A stretch of 64,000 nt of DNA from an uncultured Actinomycetes bacterium (lineage in GTDB: Bacteria > Actinomycetota > UBA4738 > HRBIN12), in contig CAVYBY010000007.1 in assembly GCA_963766935.1 (NCBI GenBank), forward strand, positions 3,911 to 67,910. Direction: 5' to 3'. Below are positions 1-9,951 of the stretch, piece by piece. The position numbers and the translations under genes were made by a program. The number at the start of each line of letters is the position of its first letter. The first letter of the stretch is position 1. The notes beneath the pieces were generated by a model. The model was not told the origin of the DNA, did not search any database, and was given only the letters and a program-made list of their open reading frames with translations.

Positions 1-812
1 CACAGGATTCCCTCCTCGGCGGCGAGCCGCCGGGCGGTGTGCAGCGCGTCGGCGGTCGAGACCGTCACGATGCCGTCCATGACCGAGAGGTCGAGGTTCG
101 GCGCCACGATCCCGTCGCCGATCCCCGGCACGCCGTGGGTTCCCCACCGCTGCTCGGAGATGAGCGGGCACTCCGCGGGCTCGACGGCGAAGGCCATCAC
201 ACCCTCGCGGTGCGCCTTGAGCGATCGTGCGACGCCGGTGATCCAGCCGCCGGTCCCCTGCGCGCCGACGACCGCGTCGACGTCGCCGCCGGTCTGCTCC
301 CAGATCTCCTCGCCGGAGGCCATCTGGGCGTCGGGGTTGTCGGGGTTCTGGAACTCTCCGGGGAAGTAGTACCGGTCGGGATCGGCGGCGACGATCTCCT
401 TCATGCGGGCGAGCGCCAGGTCGATGTCGGTTCCGGAGCCCGGCGTCTCCACGAGCTCGGCGCCGTAGCTTCGGATCATCGCCTTGCGCTCCGGGCTCAT
501 GCCCTCGGGCATCACGATCATGCACGCGTAGCCCTTGATCGCCGCGGTCGCCGAGCACGCGATGCCGGCGTTGCCGGTCGAGCACTCGATGATCGTCATC
601 CCCGGCCGGAGCTCGCCGCGCTCCTCGGCCCGGGCCAGCATGTGGGGGTAGATCCGGTCCTTGACCGACCCGGTCGGGCCGTACCACTCGATCTTCGCGA
701 GCACCTCGATCCCGGGCGGCGTGACCCGTGACAACCGAACGAGCGGTGTGCGCCCGATGACGTCGAGGAGCGTGTCCGCCGGACGCCGGTTGGCATCCCA
801 GTCGATGGTCAC
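1..812 (-). CDS. PLP-dependent cysteine synthase / cystathionine beta-synthase family protein (3' end runs off the window)
   Basis: Not in the ORF track, so I translated it by hand. It contains IGRTPLVRL, KIEWYGPTGSVKDR (PLP lysine motif), IECSTGNAG, GAQGTGG and GVPGIGDG. GTG start at 812 follows an AGGAGG RBS. Confidence 0.88.
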   Translation of the reverse strand, partial: MTIDWDANRRPADTLLDVIGRTPLVRLSRVTPPGIEVLAKIEWYGPTGSVKDRIYPHMLARAEERGELRPGMTIIECSTGNAGIACSATAAIKGYACMIVMPEGMSPERKAMIRSYGAELVETPGSGTDIDLALARMKEIVAADPDRYYFPGEFQNPDNPDAQMASGEEIWEQTGGDVDAVVGAQGTGGWITGVARSLKAHREGVMAFAVEPAECPLISEQRWGTHGVPGIGDGIVAPNLDLSVMDGIVTVSTADALHTARRLAAEEGIL

Positions 813-825
813 GTCCGCCTCCTGT

Positions 826-1609
826 TCACGCGGTCGCGGATCGCCCATGATCCACGTAGCCGAGCCGCCGCGAGATGGTGTGTCGCCGCTTCGACGACCT
901 GCCTTGCCAATCGCGGCACGTCCGCAGGCCCCATACGAAACGCCGGGCCCGACACGCTGAGCGCCGCAATCACCCGGTCGTCGGCTTGGCGGATCGGCGC
1001 CGCCACCGCGTTCAGACCCTCCTCCAGCTCCTCCATCGTCTGTGCGTACCCACGCGCGCGAACCTCCTGGAGCTGGGCGCGCAGGACATCCGGGTCGACG
1101 ATGGTTGCATCGGTCAGCTTGGCAAGAGGCTCGGAGATCACGGCATCCAACGTGTCGGCGTCGAGCCAGGCGAGGAGGACCTTGCCGTTGGACGTGCAAT
1201 GCAGCGGCGTCCGGCGGCCCACCCAGCTGACCACCACGACCGATTGCGCCCCGGTCACCTGGTCGACGTAGACGACCTCACCGGCCGAGATGACGCCGAG
1301 GTTCACCGTCTCGTGGGTTCGCTCCGCCAACTCCTCCAGCACCGGGTGTCCCGCCCGAACGAGGTCCAGGCCCGCGATCGCCGCGCCGGCGAGGCGGACC
1401 AGGCCGAGGCCGAGCCGGTAGCGTTCCGAGGTGGCGTCTCGCTCGACGAGCCCGCGCTCGGCGAGCGTCGAGATCAACCGGGACGCGGTCGCCTTGTGGA
1501 CGCCCAGACGGCGACCGAGCTCGCTGACGCCCAGCTCACCGGCGTCCGCGATCAGCTCGAGCGCGCGGAGCGCCCGCGACACCGACTGCAGCTCCGCCCC
1601 GTTTGCCAT
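826..1609 (-). CDS. IclR family transcriptional regulator (apparent +1 frameshift near 865-870)
   Basis: HTH region QSVSRALRALE...LGVHKATASRL, effector-domain motifs PLHCTSNGK and ALSVSGP. The canonical end TISRRLGY..., with stop at 826-828, is in the adjacent frame. ATG at 1609 has a GGGAG RBS. Confidence 0.9.
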
Positions 1610-1617
1610 CGGCTCCC

Positions 1618-1634
1618 GTTCCGCATCACGCAAC
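1618..1634. promoter_or_regulatory. Putative operator GTTCC-N7-GCAAC (copy 1, one mismatch), just upstream of iclR
   Basis: GTTCCGCATCACGCAAC. It matches the perfect palindromes at 12101 and 17353. Confidence 0.65.
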
Positions 1635-1658
1635 ATGGTCTGCCTCTCCGCAACGGCG

Positions 1659-1688
1659 ACGCTAGAGTGACCGGCCGGACCCTGTCAA
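1659..1688 (-). promoter_or_regulatory. Sigma-70-type promoter of iclR (TTGACA-N18-TAGCGT)
   Basis: The minus strand reads TTGACAgggtccggccggtcactcTAGCGT. A promoter with the same layout sits at 12140-12169. Confidence 0.65.
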
Positions 1689-1737
1689 TCGTGGCACTAG
1701 GCTGTGCGGTGGGGTCCGCCGGACCGATTGGCACCCA

Positions 1738-2947
1738 ATGAGTGAAGCGAACGAACGGTACTGGCGTGCGGCCGAGCCCAAGCCCGCGTACGACGTGCTG
1801 GTCGTGGGCGGCGGCGGTCACGGCCTGGCGACGGCCTACTACCTGGCAAAGAACCACGGCATCACCGACGTCGCGATCCTCGAGAAGGGCTGGCTCGGCG
1901 GCGGCAACATGGCCCGCAACACCACGGTCATCCGCTCGAACTATCTCTGGGACGAGTCCGCGGCCATCTACGAGCACTCCCTGAAGCTCTGGGAAGGGCT
2001 CGCCGACGAGCTCGGGGTCGGACCTCGAGTTCGACCAGAAGGGCGTGCTGAACCTCTCGCACGACCTCGGCGACATCCGATCGAGCATGCGACGGGTCAA
2101 CGCGAACCGGCTGAACGGGGTGGACGCCGAGTGGCTCGAGCCCGCCGAGGTCAAGGCGTTCTGCCCGATCGTGAACGTCTCGTCCGACGTCCGCTATCCG
2201 GTGCTCGGGGGCACCCTGCAGCGGCGCGGGGGAACCGCCCGCCACGACAAGGTCGCATGGGCGTTCGCCGGGGGCGCAGACCGGGCGGGCGTCGACATCG
2301 TCGAGCACTGCGAGGTGACCGGGTTCCTTCGCGGCGCCGGCGGGCGCGTCGAAGGCGTCGAGACCTCGCGCGGTCCGATCCGCGCTCGAACGGTCGCGCT
2401 CTGCGCCGCCGGGCACACGAGCGTCCTTGCGTCGATGCTCGGCATCCGCCTCCCACTGCAATCGCATCCGCTCCAGGCCCTGGTGTCGGTGCTGCTCGAA
2501 CCGGTGCTCGACTGCGTCGTGATGTCGAACGCGGTGCACGTCTACGTGAGCCAGGCCGACAAGGGCGAGCTGGTCATGGGGGCGGGGATCGACCCGTACA
2601 ACGGCTACGCGCAGCGCGGCTCGTTCCACGTGATCGAGCACCAGATGGCCGCGGCCGTCGAGCTGTTCCCGATCTTCGCTCACGCAGCGTTGCTCCGGAC
2701 CTGGGGCGGCATCGTCGACGTCAGCCCCGACGCGTCCCCGATCATCGGCCCATCGCCCGTCGACGGCGTCTTCCTCAACTGCGGATGGGGAACCGGCGGG
2801 TTCAAGGCGACGCCGGGCGCGGGATGGGCGTACGCGGAGACCGTCGCGCAGGGTGAGGCGAGCGAGCTCGCGCGCCCGTTCGCGCTGGAACGCTTCACGA
2901 CCGGCGCCCTCATCGACGAACACGGCGCGGCGGCGGTCGCGCACTGA
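1738..2947 (+). CDS. soxB: Sarcosine oxidase subunit beta (apparent +1 frameshift near 2015-2022)
   Basis: [36 protein letters not shown] and the C-terminus [12 protein letters not shown]. It is split over ORFs 1738+ and 2045+ and rejoins as ...[12 protein letters not shown]. Confidence 0.94.
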
Positions 2948-2976
2948 TGCGCGCGATGATGAATGCGCACTGATGC
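2939..2976 (+). repeat. 12-bp direct repeat GCGCACTGATGC at the soxB/yjbR junction
   Basis: Copies at 2939-2950 and 2965-2976, separated by 14 nt. Confidence 0.75.
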
Positions 2977-2980
2977 CTCC

Positions 2981-3322
2981 ATGCAGGCGAGGACCGTCCG
3001 CAAGCTGGCTCTCTCCCTCCCGGGAGCGGAGGAACTGGAGACCTGGGACACCCCGACCTTCCGCGTCCGGAACAAGATCTTCGCGATGTTCGCCGGCGGG
3101 GGACGCGAGGTGTGGGTCAAGTCGATGCACGACGAGCAGCAGGCGCTGATCGCGATGGACCCGGACACGTTCTTCCGCCCGCCGTACGTCGGTCCGAGCG
3201 GCTGGGTCGGCGTGCGGTTCGCAACGGCCGACCGCGACGAGATGCGCGAGCTGATCGTCGAGGCCTGGCGGATGACGGCGACCAAGCAGGCCGTACGGGC
3301 CTTCGACGAGGAGCAGGGCTGA
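2981..3322 (+). CDS. MmcQ/YjbR family putative DNA-binding protein
   Basis: LALSLPGAEE...PTFRVRNKIFA...FFRPPYVGPSGWVGV...LIVEAWRMTA is the typical YjbR signature. The stop overlaps the soxD start (TGATG). Confidence 0.85.
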   Translation: MQARTVRKLALSLPGAEELETWDTPTFRVRNKIFAMFAGGGREVWVKSMHDEQQALIAMDPDTFFRPPYVGPSGWVGVRFATADRDEMRELIVEAWRMTATKQAVRAFDEEQG

Positions 3323-3600
3323 TGCTCCTGATCCGATGTCCGTGGTGCGGTCCGCGCGAGGAGATCGAGTTCCGCTACGGCGGACAGGCGCACCTCGCGT
3401 ATCCGGCCGACCCGGACGCGCTGACCGACGAACAGTGGGCCGATTTCCTATTCATGCGCGAGAACCCGAGGGGCCCGTTCGCCGAACGTTGGATGCATAC
3501 GGCGGGGTGCCGGCGGTGGTTCAACGCGATCCGCGACACCACGACACACCGGATCCTCGTCACGTACCGCATGGGCGAGCCACGGCCGGAGACGGGCTGA
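3322..3600 (+). CDS. soxD: Sarcosine oxidase subunit delta
   Basis: MLLIRCPWCGPREEIEFRYGG...HTAGCRRWFNAIRDT (zinc-binding Cys/His). Confidence 0.95.
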   Translation: MLLIRCPWCGPREEIEFRYGGQAHLAYPADPDALTDEQWADFLFMRENPRGPFAERWMHTAGCRRWFNAIRDTTTHRILVTYRMGEPRPETG

Positions 3601-6344
3601 TGTCCGGGCGGCGTCTGGAGACCGGCGGACGATGGATCGACCGGACCACGCCGGTCGGGTTTGCCTTCGACGGACATGCGTACGAAGGGTTCGCCGGCGA
3701 CACGCTCGCGTCGGCGCTGCTGGCGAGCGGTATGGACGCGCCGTTCCGCAGCCCGATCCGCGGACGGCCGCGGGGCGTGTTCTCCGCCGGCGTGGAGGAG
3801 CCGAACGCCTTCGCCGAGGTGTCGGCGCCACGGTTCGACCTCATCGCGCCGGCGACGATGGTGGAGCTGGTCCCCGGGCTCGTGACCGAGTCTCGGAGCG
3901 GTATCGGGCGGCTTCCCGAGGATCCGGCCGGCGCGCCGGTGGCCCGGTCGGAGCACCGTCACGCGCACGTCGAGACCCTCGTGGTGGGCGCTGGCGTCGC
4001 CGGTTTGCGAGCCGCGCTCGAGGCCGTCCGCCGTGGCGACCGCGTGCTGCTCGTCGACGAACACCACCGCTTCGGCGGGTCCGCCACCTCGCTCGACAAG
4101 ATCGAGGGAGAGCCCGCATACGGATGGATCGAGCGCGCGGTCGCGGAGCTCGACGGAGCAGCCGACGCGCACGTGCTCGTCCGGGCGACGGCGCTCGGCG
4201 TCTACGACGAGGGCTACGTCGTGCTGCACGAGCGATCGCAGCGGGTCGAACGTCTCTGGCACGTGCGAGCCGGGCACGTGGTGCTCGCCACCGGCGCACA
4301 CGAGCGACCGATCGTATTCGAGAACAACGACCGCCCCGGCGTGATGCTCGCCTCGGCCGCACATCTGTATCTCGACCGGTTCGGCGTTCTTCCCGGCGAG
4401 CGCGCCGTCGTCTTTACGACCAACGACGCCGCCTACCGAAGCGCGTTCGCCCTCGCCGACGCCGGCCTGGAGATCGTGGCGATCGCCGATCCGCGCGACG
4501 GGCGCCCGATCCACGACGAGGCACGCAGCCGGGGTCTCGACGTGCGACCCGGAGTGGTGACCGGCGTCGACGGCGAACTCCGTGTCGAGTCGGTCCACAT
4601 CCGGTCGTCGGAACGATCCGGTGTGTCCTTCGCCGATCTGCTGCTCGTCTCCGGAGGCTGGAACCCGGTCGCCCAGCTGTGGAGAGCGGCCGGGGGTGGA
4701 CTTCACTACGACGAGGAGCGCGCGGCGTTCGTGCCCGCTCTTGCCGCCGGGCCGCCGTGGCTCTCGGTCGTCGGTCACGCGTCCGGCGACGGGTTGCCCG
4801 CCTCGAAAGAGGTGCCGTTCGTCCTCAACGGTCTGCTCGACGACCATTTCGTCGATCTGCAGCGCGACGCCTCCCTGTTCGCCGTCCAAGAGGCGGTTCT
4901 CGCTGGTCTGCGTTCGGTCGAGCACGTCAAGCGAGCCACCTACATCGGCACGGCCGTCGATCAGGGCCGGACGTCGGGCGTCGTCACCGCGTCGATCGTG
5001 AGCGCCTTCCTCGCGCATCCGCTCGAGGACCTGATTCGTGTGGGTCTGCCATCGGCCTCTCCGGAAGTGGAGCCGACCAGCGCGCGTCCGCCGTATGCGC
5101 CGGTGTCCTACTCGGTGCTCGCGGGGCCGGATCGCGGCCCGGTGCTCCTCGACCCGGTGCGCACGACGCCGATCAACGAATGGCACGCCGAGCGCGGCGC
5201 CGTCTTCGAGAACGTCGGTCAGTGGAAGCGGCCGCGCTACTTCCCCACCGGCGGCGAGGATCTGGACGCCGCGGTCGGGCGCGAGTGTCTGGCGGTGAGA
5301 ACCGGCGCCGGCGTGCTCGACGCGTCGACGCTGGGCAAGATCGACGTCGTCGGACCGGACGCCGGCGTCTTTCTCGACCGGATGTACACGAACCGGATGA
5401 GCAGCCTGCGAACCGGCCGTATCCGGTACGGACTGATGCTCGGGCTCGACGGCATGGCGATGGACGACGGCGTCGCGATGCGCCTCGCCGACGACCACTT
5501 CTTCGTCACGACGACGACCGGCGGCGCCGCGGCCGTCCTCGACCGGTTCGAGGAATGGCTCCAGACCGAGTGGCCCGATCTGCGCGTCTACTGCACGTCG
5601 GTGACCGAGCAATGGGCCGACGTCGCCGTGGGCGGACCCCGGGCGCGTGACGTGCTCGAGTCGGCCGGCACCGACCTCGACCTCGATCCCGCGGCCTTCC
5701 CGTTCATGACCGTGCGCGAAGGAACCGTCGCCGGCGTCCCGGCCCGGGTCGCGCGCGTCAGCTTCACCGGCGAGCTGTCGTACGAGATCAACGTCGAGGC
5801 ATGGCACGGGCGCCACGTCTGGGACGCGGTGATGGAGGCCGGTGCCTCGCTCGGCATCACGCCGTACGGAACCGAGACGATGCACGTCCTTCGCGCCGAG
5901 AAGGGCTTCCCGATCGTCGGCCAGGACACGGACGGCACGGTCACGCCCGACGACCTCGGGATGTCGTGGATCGTCGACATGGACAAGGGGGACTTCGTCG
6001 GGCGGCGCTCGCTCCGGCGGCCCGACACCATGCGGGCCGGACGCAAGCAGCTCGTCGGCCTCCTGCCGGCCGACCGCGACGTCCTCATCCCGGAGGGAGC
6101 GCAACTCGTCCTCGAAGAGACGGAACGAATCCCGATGCCGATGGCCGGACACGTCACCTCGAGCTACCGGAGCGCGGCGCTCGGCCGCACCTTCGCGCTG
6201 GCGATGCTGAACGACGGCCGCGCGCTCCACGGGTCGACGGTGTTCGCCTCGCACCCCGGCGGGACGGTCGCCGCCGAGGTCACGTCGCCGGTGTTCTGGG
6301 ATCCGGACGGACGCAGGCGCGACGGCGATCCGGAGGGTGGCTGA
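3600..6344 (+). CDS. soxA: Sarcosine oxidase subunit alpha
   Basis: GDTLASALLA, FAD/NAD motif VVGAGVAG, HVKRATYIGTAVDQGRTS and a GcvT-like C-terminal half (LDASTLGKI, RVSFTGELSYE, LRAEKG). TGATG coupling on both sides. Confidence 0.95.
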   Translation: MSGRRLETGGRWIDRTTPVGFAFDGHAYEGFAGDTLASALLASGMDAPFRSPIRGRPRGVFSAGVEEPNAFAEVSAPRFDLIAPATMVELVPGLVTESRSGIGRLPEDPAGAPVARSEHRHAHVETLVVGAGVAGLRAALEAVRRGDRVLLVDEHHRFGGSATSLDKIEGEPAYGWIERAVAELDGAADAHVLVRATALGVYDEGYVVLHERSQRVERLWHVRAGHVVLATGAHERPIVFENNDRPGVMLASAAHLYLDRFGVLPGERAVVFTTNDAAYRSAFALADAGLEIVAIADPRDGRPIHDEARSRGLDVRPGVVTGVDGELRVESVHIRSSERSGVSFADLLLVSGGWNPVAQLWRAAGGGLHYDEERAAFVPALAAGPPWLSVVGHASGDGLPASKEVPFVLNGLLDDHFVDLQRDASLFAVQEAVLAGLRSVEHVKRATYIGTAVDQGRTSGVVTASIVSAFLAHPLEDLIRVGLPSASPEVEPTSARPPYAPVSYSVLAGPDRGPVLLDPVRTTPINEWHAERGAVFENVGQWKRPRYFPTGGEDLDAAVGRECLAVRTGAGVLDASTLGKIDVVGPDAGVFLDRMYTNRMSSLRTGRIRYGLMLGLDGMAMDDGVAMRLADDHFFVTTTTGGAAAVLDRFEEWLQTEWPDLRVYCTSVTEQWADVAVGGPRARDVLESAGTDLDLDPAAFPFMTVREGTVAGVPARVARVSFTGELSYEINVEAWHGRHVWDAVMEAGASLGITPYGTETMHVLRAEKGFPIVGQDTDGTVTPDDLGMSWIVDMDKGDFVGRRSLRRPDTMRAGRKQLVGLLPADRDVLIPEGAQLVLEETERIPMPMAGHVTSSYRSAALGRTFALAMLNDGRALHGSTVFASHPGGTVAAEVTSPVFWDPDGRRRDGDPEGG

Positions 6345-6907
6345 TGGAATCGCCCGCGCTGGATCCCATCGCCCGACGGGCCCGCGACCTCATCGACCTG
6401 CCGCGGGCGACCGGCGGCGGCGTCGACTGCCGGACGATTCCTTTCTTCGCCCAGGTCGACCTCCGCCTGGACCCCGCCCATGCGGGACGCTCGCCCATCC
6501 CGCTGCCGCTCGAAGCCAACACGGCGCAGGAGGCGGGACCGCGCGCGGCGCTCTGGCTCGGTCCCGACAAGTGGCTCGTCCTCGGCCCCGCGGACAGCGC
6601 GGCAGGGATCGCCGCCGACCTCGACCGGGCGCTCGACGGACTCCATCGCTCGATCGTCGACGTCTCGGCCAACCGGGTGGTCCTGGAGCTGTCGGGTCCG
6701 GAGCGGCTGGATCTGCTCTCGACGGGATGCCCGATCGATCTGCATCCGAGGGCGTGGGGCCCCGGCCGGTGCGCCCAGACGCTCTTCGGCCGGGCGCCGG
6801 TCATCCTGCACGAACGATCGGACGCCACCGCCGTGCTCGTGCGGCCGTCGTTCGCCGACTACGTGATCGACCGGCTTCTGGCCCAGGTTTCCCCGCCGGG
6901 CGATTGA
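6344..6907 (+). CDS. soxG: Sarcosine oxidase subunit gamma
   Basis: LWLGPDKWL, VDVSANR, GCPIDLHPRAW...CAQT, RPSFADY. Confidence 0.92.
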   Translation: MESPALDPIARRARDLIDLPRATGGGVDCRTIPFFAQVDLRLDPAHAGRSPIPLPLEANTAQEAGPRAALWLGPDKWLVLGPADSAAGIAADLDRALDGLHRSIVDVSANRVVLELSGPERLDLLSTGCPIDLHPRAWGPGRCAQTLFGRAPVILHERSDATAVLVRPSFADYVIDRLLAQVSPPGD

Positions 6908-6976
6908 CAGCGGCAGGGCCGCACTGGACGATTCTTGCCGGTTCCACTTGACCGGTTCGACTTGGGAGGCAATCAC

Positions 6977-7474
6977 ATGTGGTCCTGGTTCACGTTCTGG
7001 CTGCTTCTTCACATCCTGGGCGCGATCGTCGCCTTCGGCCCGACCTTCACGTTCGGGTTGATCGGCGCGCAATCGGCGAAGGAGCCGATGCACGCCGAGT
7101 TCGCCACACGCCTCGTCCACATGATCTCGAAGAACGTCGTCATCCCGGTTGCGCTGTCGATGGCCGTCACCGGTGTCGGCCTGATCTTCGCCGGCCACGT
7201 CGACCTGTGGGGCTCCGAATGGCTGATCATCGCGATCGTCGTCTACGTCGGCGCGGTGGGCTTCTCGATCGCGGTCCAGGCGCCGACGGCCGAGAAGCTG
7301 ATCGGCGTCCTTCAGTCGATGCCGCCCGGTCCGCCGCCCGAGGGAGCAACCGGACCACCCCCGGCGATCGCGGCGCTGACGAAGAGGCTCACGATCGGCG
7401 GGATCTACCTGACCGTCAGCGTGCTGGTCATCGTGCTGCTGATGATCTGGCGCCCGGGAGCGGCCTTCTCGTAG
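6977..7474 (+). CDS. DUF2269-like integral membrane protein
   Basis: About 4 hydrophobic helices, LHILGAIVAFGPTF near the N-terminus and LMIWRP at the C-terminus. GGAGG RBS. Confidence 0.75.
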   Translation: MWSWFTFWLLLHILGAIVAFGPTFTFGLIGAQSAKEPMHAEFATRLVHMISKNVVIPVALSMAVTGVGLIFAGHVDLWGSEWLIIAIVVYVGAVGFSIAVQAPTAEKLIGVLQSMPPGPPPEGATGPPPAIAALTKRLTIGGIYLTVSVLVIVLLMIWRPGAAFS

Positions 7475-7486
7475 CCGGTCCGGCGA

Positions 7487-9937
7487 TCAGGCCCTGAGCC
7501 GCTCGCCGGCGGGGTCGACCAGCGGATCGGCGGCGACGGTCGCGGGAAGGCGCTCGTCGAAGTACTCGATCTCCACCGGCGTCCCCGCGGCCGCAAACTC
7601 GGCCGGCAGGTAGCCGTAGACGATCCCGCGCCCGATCGAGTAGCCGTACGCGGCGCTCGTCACGTAGGCCACCACATTCCCGCCGGCCCGGATCGGCTCC
7701 TTCCCCATGACCACGGCCGACGGATCGTCGAGCGTGATGCAGCTGAGCTTGTGGGCCGACCCTCGCTCGCGGATCGCCTCCAGGGCTTCCCGGCCCTGGA
7801 AGTCGCCCTTGTCCATGCGCACGGCGAAGCCGAGTCCCGCCTCGAACGGGTCGTGCTCGGTGCCGATGTCCTGGCCCCACAGCCGGTAGCCCTTCTCCAG
7901 GCGAAGCGAGTCGAACGCGCCGAGGCCGGCCGCCACCATCCCCAGATCGTGCCCGGCCTCCCACAACAGGTCCCAGACGCGCCCGCCCATCGCGAACGGT
8001 CCGTAGATCTCCCAGCCGAGCTCGCCGACATAGCTGATGCGAGCCGCCAGACAGTCGGCCTCGCCGACGTTGATCCGCTGCGCCCGCAGGTACGGGAACG
8101 CCTCGTTCGAGACGTCGGCGTCGGTCACCTGTTCCAGCACGTCGCGCGCGCGGGGACCCCACAGACCCAGCGCGAACAGCGACCCGGTCCGCTCGGTGAT
8201 CGAGACGCGCTCCCCCTCCCGGATCTGGAACCGAAGCCACGCGAGGTCGTGCTGCCCCGACCCGCCGCCGGTCACCACGCGGAACCGGTCGGCCAGGCGC
8301 ATGACGGTCAGGTCGCATCGGATGCCGCCCTTCGGGGTCAGCATCTGGGTGTAGACGATCGTTCCGACCGGGCGGTCGATGCGGTTGGCCGAGATCCGCT
8401 CGAGGAACCCGAGCGCGTCGGGCCCGGTCACGTCGAACTTCGCGTACGCCGTGATGTCGAGGACCCCGACACCGGATCGAACGGCGAGGTGCTCGGCGCC
8501 GACGCACGGCGACCAGTTCGCCGCCGCCCATCCATCCCTTCGCTCCCACGGCTCGCCGCGCAGCAGCGGCCGGTTCGCCTCGAACCACTGCGGCCGCTCC
8601 CAGCCCGCCCCGACGAAGAACTCGGCGCCGAGCTCGGCCTGCGCGCCGGAGAACGGCGTCAGCCGAAGCCCGCGCGGGTGCGACATCTGCTGGAGCGGAT
8701 GGATGACGTCGTAGACCTCCCGATACTGCTGCGCGCCGCGCGCTCGCACGTACGGCGGCGTCGTCATGAACGGGTAGAAGCGGTTCGCGTCGGCCTCGGC
8801 CAGATCCAAGCTTGGCTCCCCCGCGACCATCCACTCGGCCACCTGCCGGCCCATCCCGCCGCCGTGGGTGACCCAGACCGCCTCGCAGATCCAGACGCCG
8901 CGAACCTTTGCCGACTCGCCGACGATCGAGCCCATGTCCGGCGTGAACGAGAACATCCCGTTGATGGCGGTCGAGGGATCCATCCGCCCCTCGATCGGGG
9001 GAAGGAGCCTGACGCTCGCCTCCTCGGCCACCTCGAAGTCCTTCGGCGTGAAGGGCTCGATCGAGGGCATCCGGTCGCCACCGGGTCGCCGCAGGTCGGC
9101 GGGGTCGAACAAGATCGGCTCGTGCCGGTAGTTGCCGACACCGTAGCGGTCCTGCTGCTGCCGGTAGTACAGCGACATGTCCTGATGCCGCAGGATCGGG
9201 TGGACCACCTCGCGTGTCTCGCCGGCGAGCTCCGGCAGCGGGAGCGTCCACATCAGCTGGTGCTGGACGACCGCCAGCGGGATGGGAACGCCGGCCATCG
9301 CGCCGATCCGCGGCCCCCAGATGCCCGCGCACACGAGCACCGTTTCGCATTCGACGTTTCCGCGATCGGTCTGAACGCCTCGGACGCGGCCGTCGCGGAT
9401 GTCGAACCCGGTGACGGTCACGCCGCCTTCGAACCCGACGCCGCGTGCTTCGGCCGCGCGGGCGAGGGCGGCTGCGGCCCGCACGCCCTTGGCGATCCCG
9501 TCGCTCGGGACGAGATACGAGCCGAGGATCTCCGAGGGGTCCAGCAGCGGGATCCGCGCCGCGGTGTCCTGGGGCGAGAGCAGGGTGGCGCCCTCGATCC
9601 CGTAGGACCGTGCGAACCCCATCCGGCGCTTCAGCTCCTGCATCCGCTCGGGGGTCGTGGCCACCTCGATGCCGCCGACGCCGTACCAGCAGGGCTCGCC
9701 GTCGAGCTCGAGCGAGGCGTACAGCTCGACGGTCTGCTGCGCGATCCGGCACATCGTTCGCGAACCGTTGGTCTGGAAAACGAGGCCGGGGGCGTGCGAC
9801 GTCGAGCCGCCGGTCTCGAACAGCGGCCCCTGGTCCAGGACCAGCACGTCGGTGAGCCCGAGCTCGGCAAGGTGATGGGCGGCGCTCGTGCCGACGATCC
9901 CGGCCCCGATGACGACGACCTGGGCTCGATCGCGCAT
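7487..9937 (-). CDS. Dimethylglycine oxidase/dehydrogenase-like FAD oxidoreductase with a GcvT (THF-binding) domain
   Basis: Starts MRDRAQVVVIGAGIVG, then GGSTSHAPGLVFQ, FSFTPD, EAVWVTHGGG, ERPQWF, RISYVGELGWE and SLRLEKGY. 816 aa. Confidence 0.9.
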   Translation of the reverse strand: MRDRAQVVVIGAGIVGTSAAHHLAELGLTDVLVLDQGPLFETGGSTSHAPGLVFQTNGSRTMCRIAQQTVELYASLELDGEPCWYGVGGIEVATTPERMQELKRRMGFARSYGIEGATLLSPQDTAARIPLLDPSEILGSYLVPSDGIAKGVRAAAALARAAEARGVGFEGGVTVTGFDIRDGRVRGVQTDRGNVECETVLVCAGIWGPRIGAMAGVPIPLAVVQHQLMWTLPLPELAGETREVVHPILRHQDMSLYYRQQQDRYGVGNYRHEPILFDPADLRRPGGDRMPSIEPFTPKDFEVAEEASVRLLPPIEGRMDPSTAINGMFSFTPDMGSIVGESAKVRGVWICEAVWVTHGGGMGRQVAEWMVAGEPSLDLAEADANRFYPFMTTPPYVRARGAQQYREVYDVIHPLQQMSHPRGLRLTPFSGAQAELGAEFFVGAGWERPQWFEANRPLLRGEPWERRDGWAAANWSPCVGAEHLAVRSGVGVLDITAYAKFDVTGPDALGFLERISANRIDRPVGTIVYTQMLTPKGGIRCDLTVMRLADRFRVVTGGGSGQHDLAWLRFQIREGERVSITERTGSLFALGLWGPRARDVLEQVTDADVSNEAFPYLRAQRINVGEADCLAARISYVGELGWEIYGPFAMGGRVWDLLWEAGHDLGMVAAGLGAFDSLRLEKGYRLWGQDIGTEHDPFEAGLGFAVRMDKGDFQGREALEAIRERGSAHKLSCITLDDPSAVVMGKEPIRAGGNVVAYVTSAAYGYSIGRGIVYGYLPAEFAAAGTPVEIEYFDERLPATVAADPLVDPAGERLRA

Positions 9938-9951
9938 GCCGGTCCGCCGCC

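Noticed and set aside
1738-2947. Programmed ribosomal frameshifting in soxB, potD or iclR
   Set aside because: No slippery heptamer or stimulatory structure is evident. The same single-base insertion pattern occurs in unrelated genes, which points to sequencing error.
3375-6254. 959-aa antisense ORF opposite soxA, and similar long shadow ORFs (7751-10018+, 14710-16377+, 20001-22418+, 37121-39220-, 44951-47962+, 58027-60990+)
   Set aside because: These are typical high-GC shadow frames opposite well-supported genes. They are Arg/Gly/Pro-rich and have no motifs.
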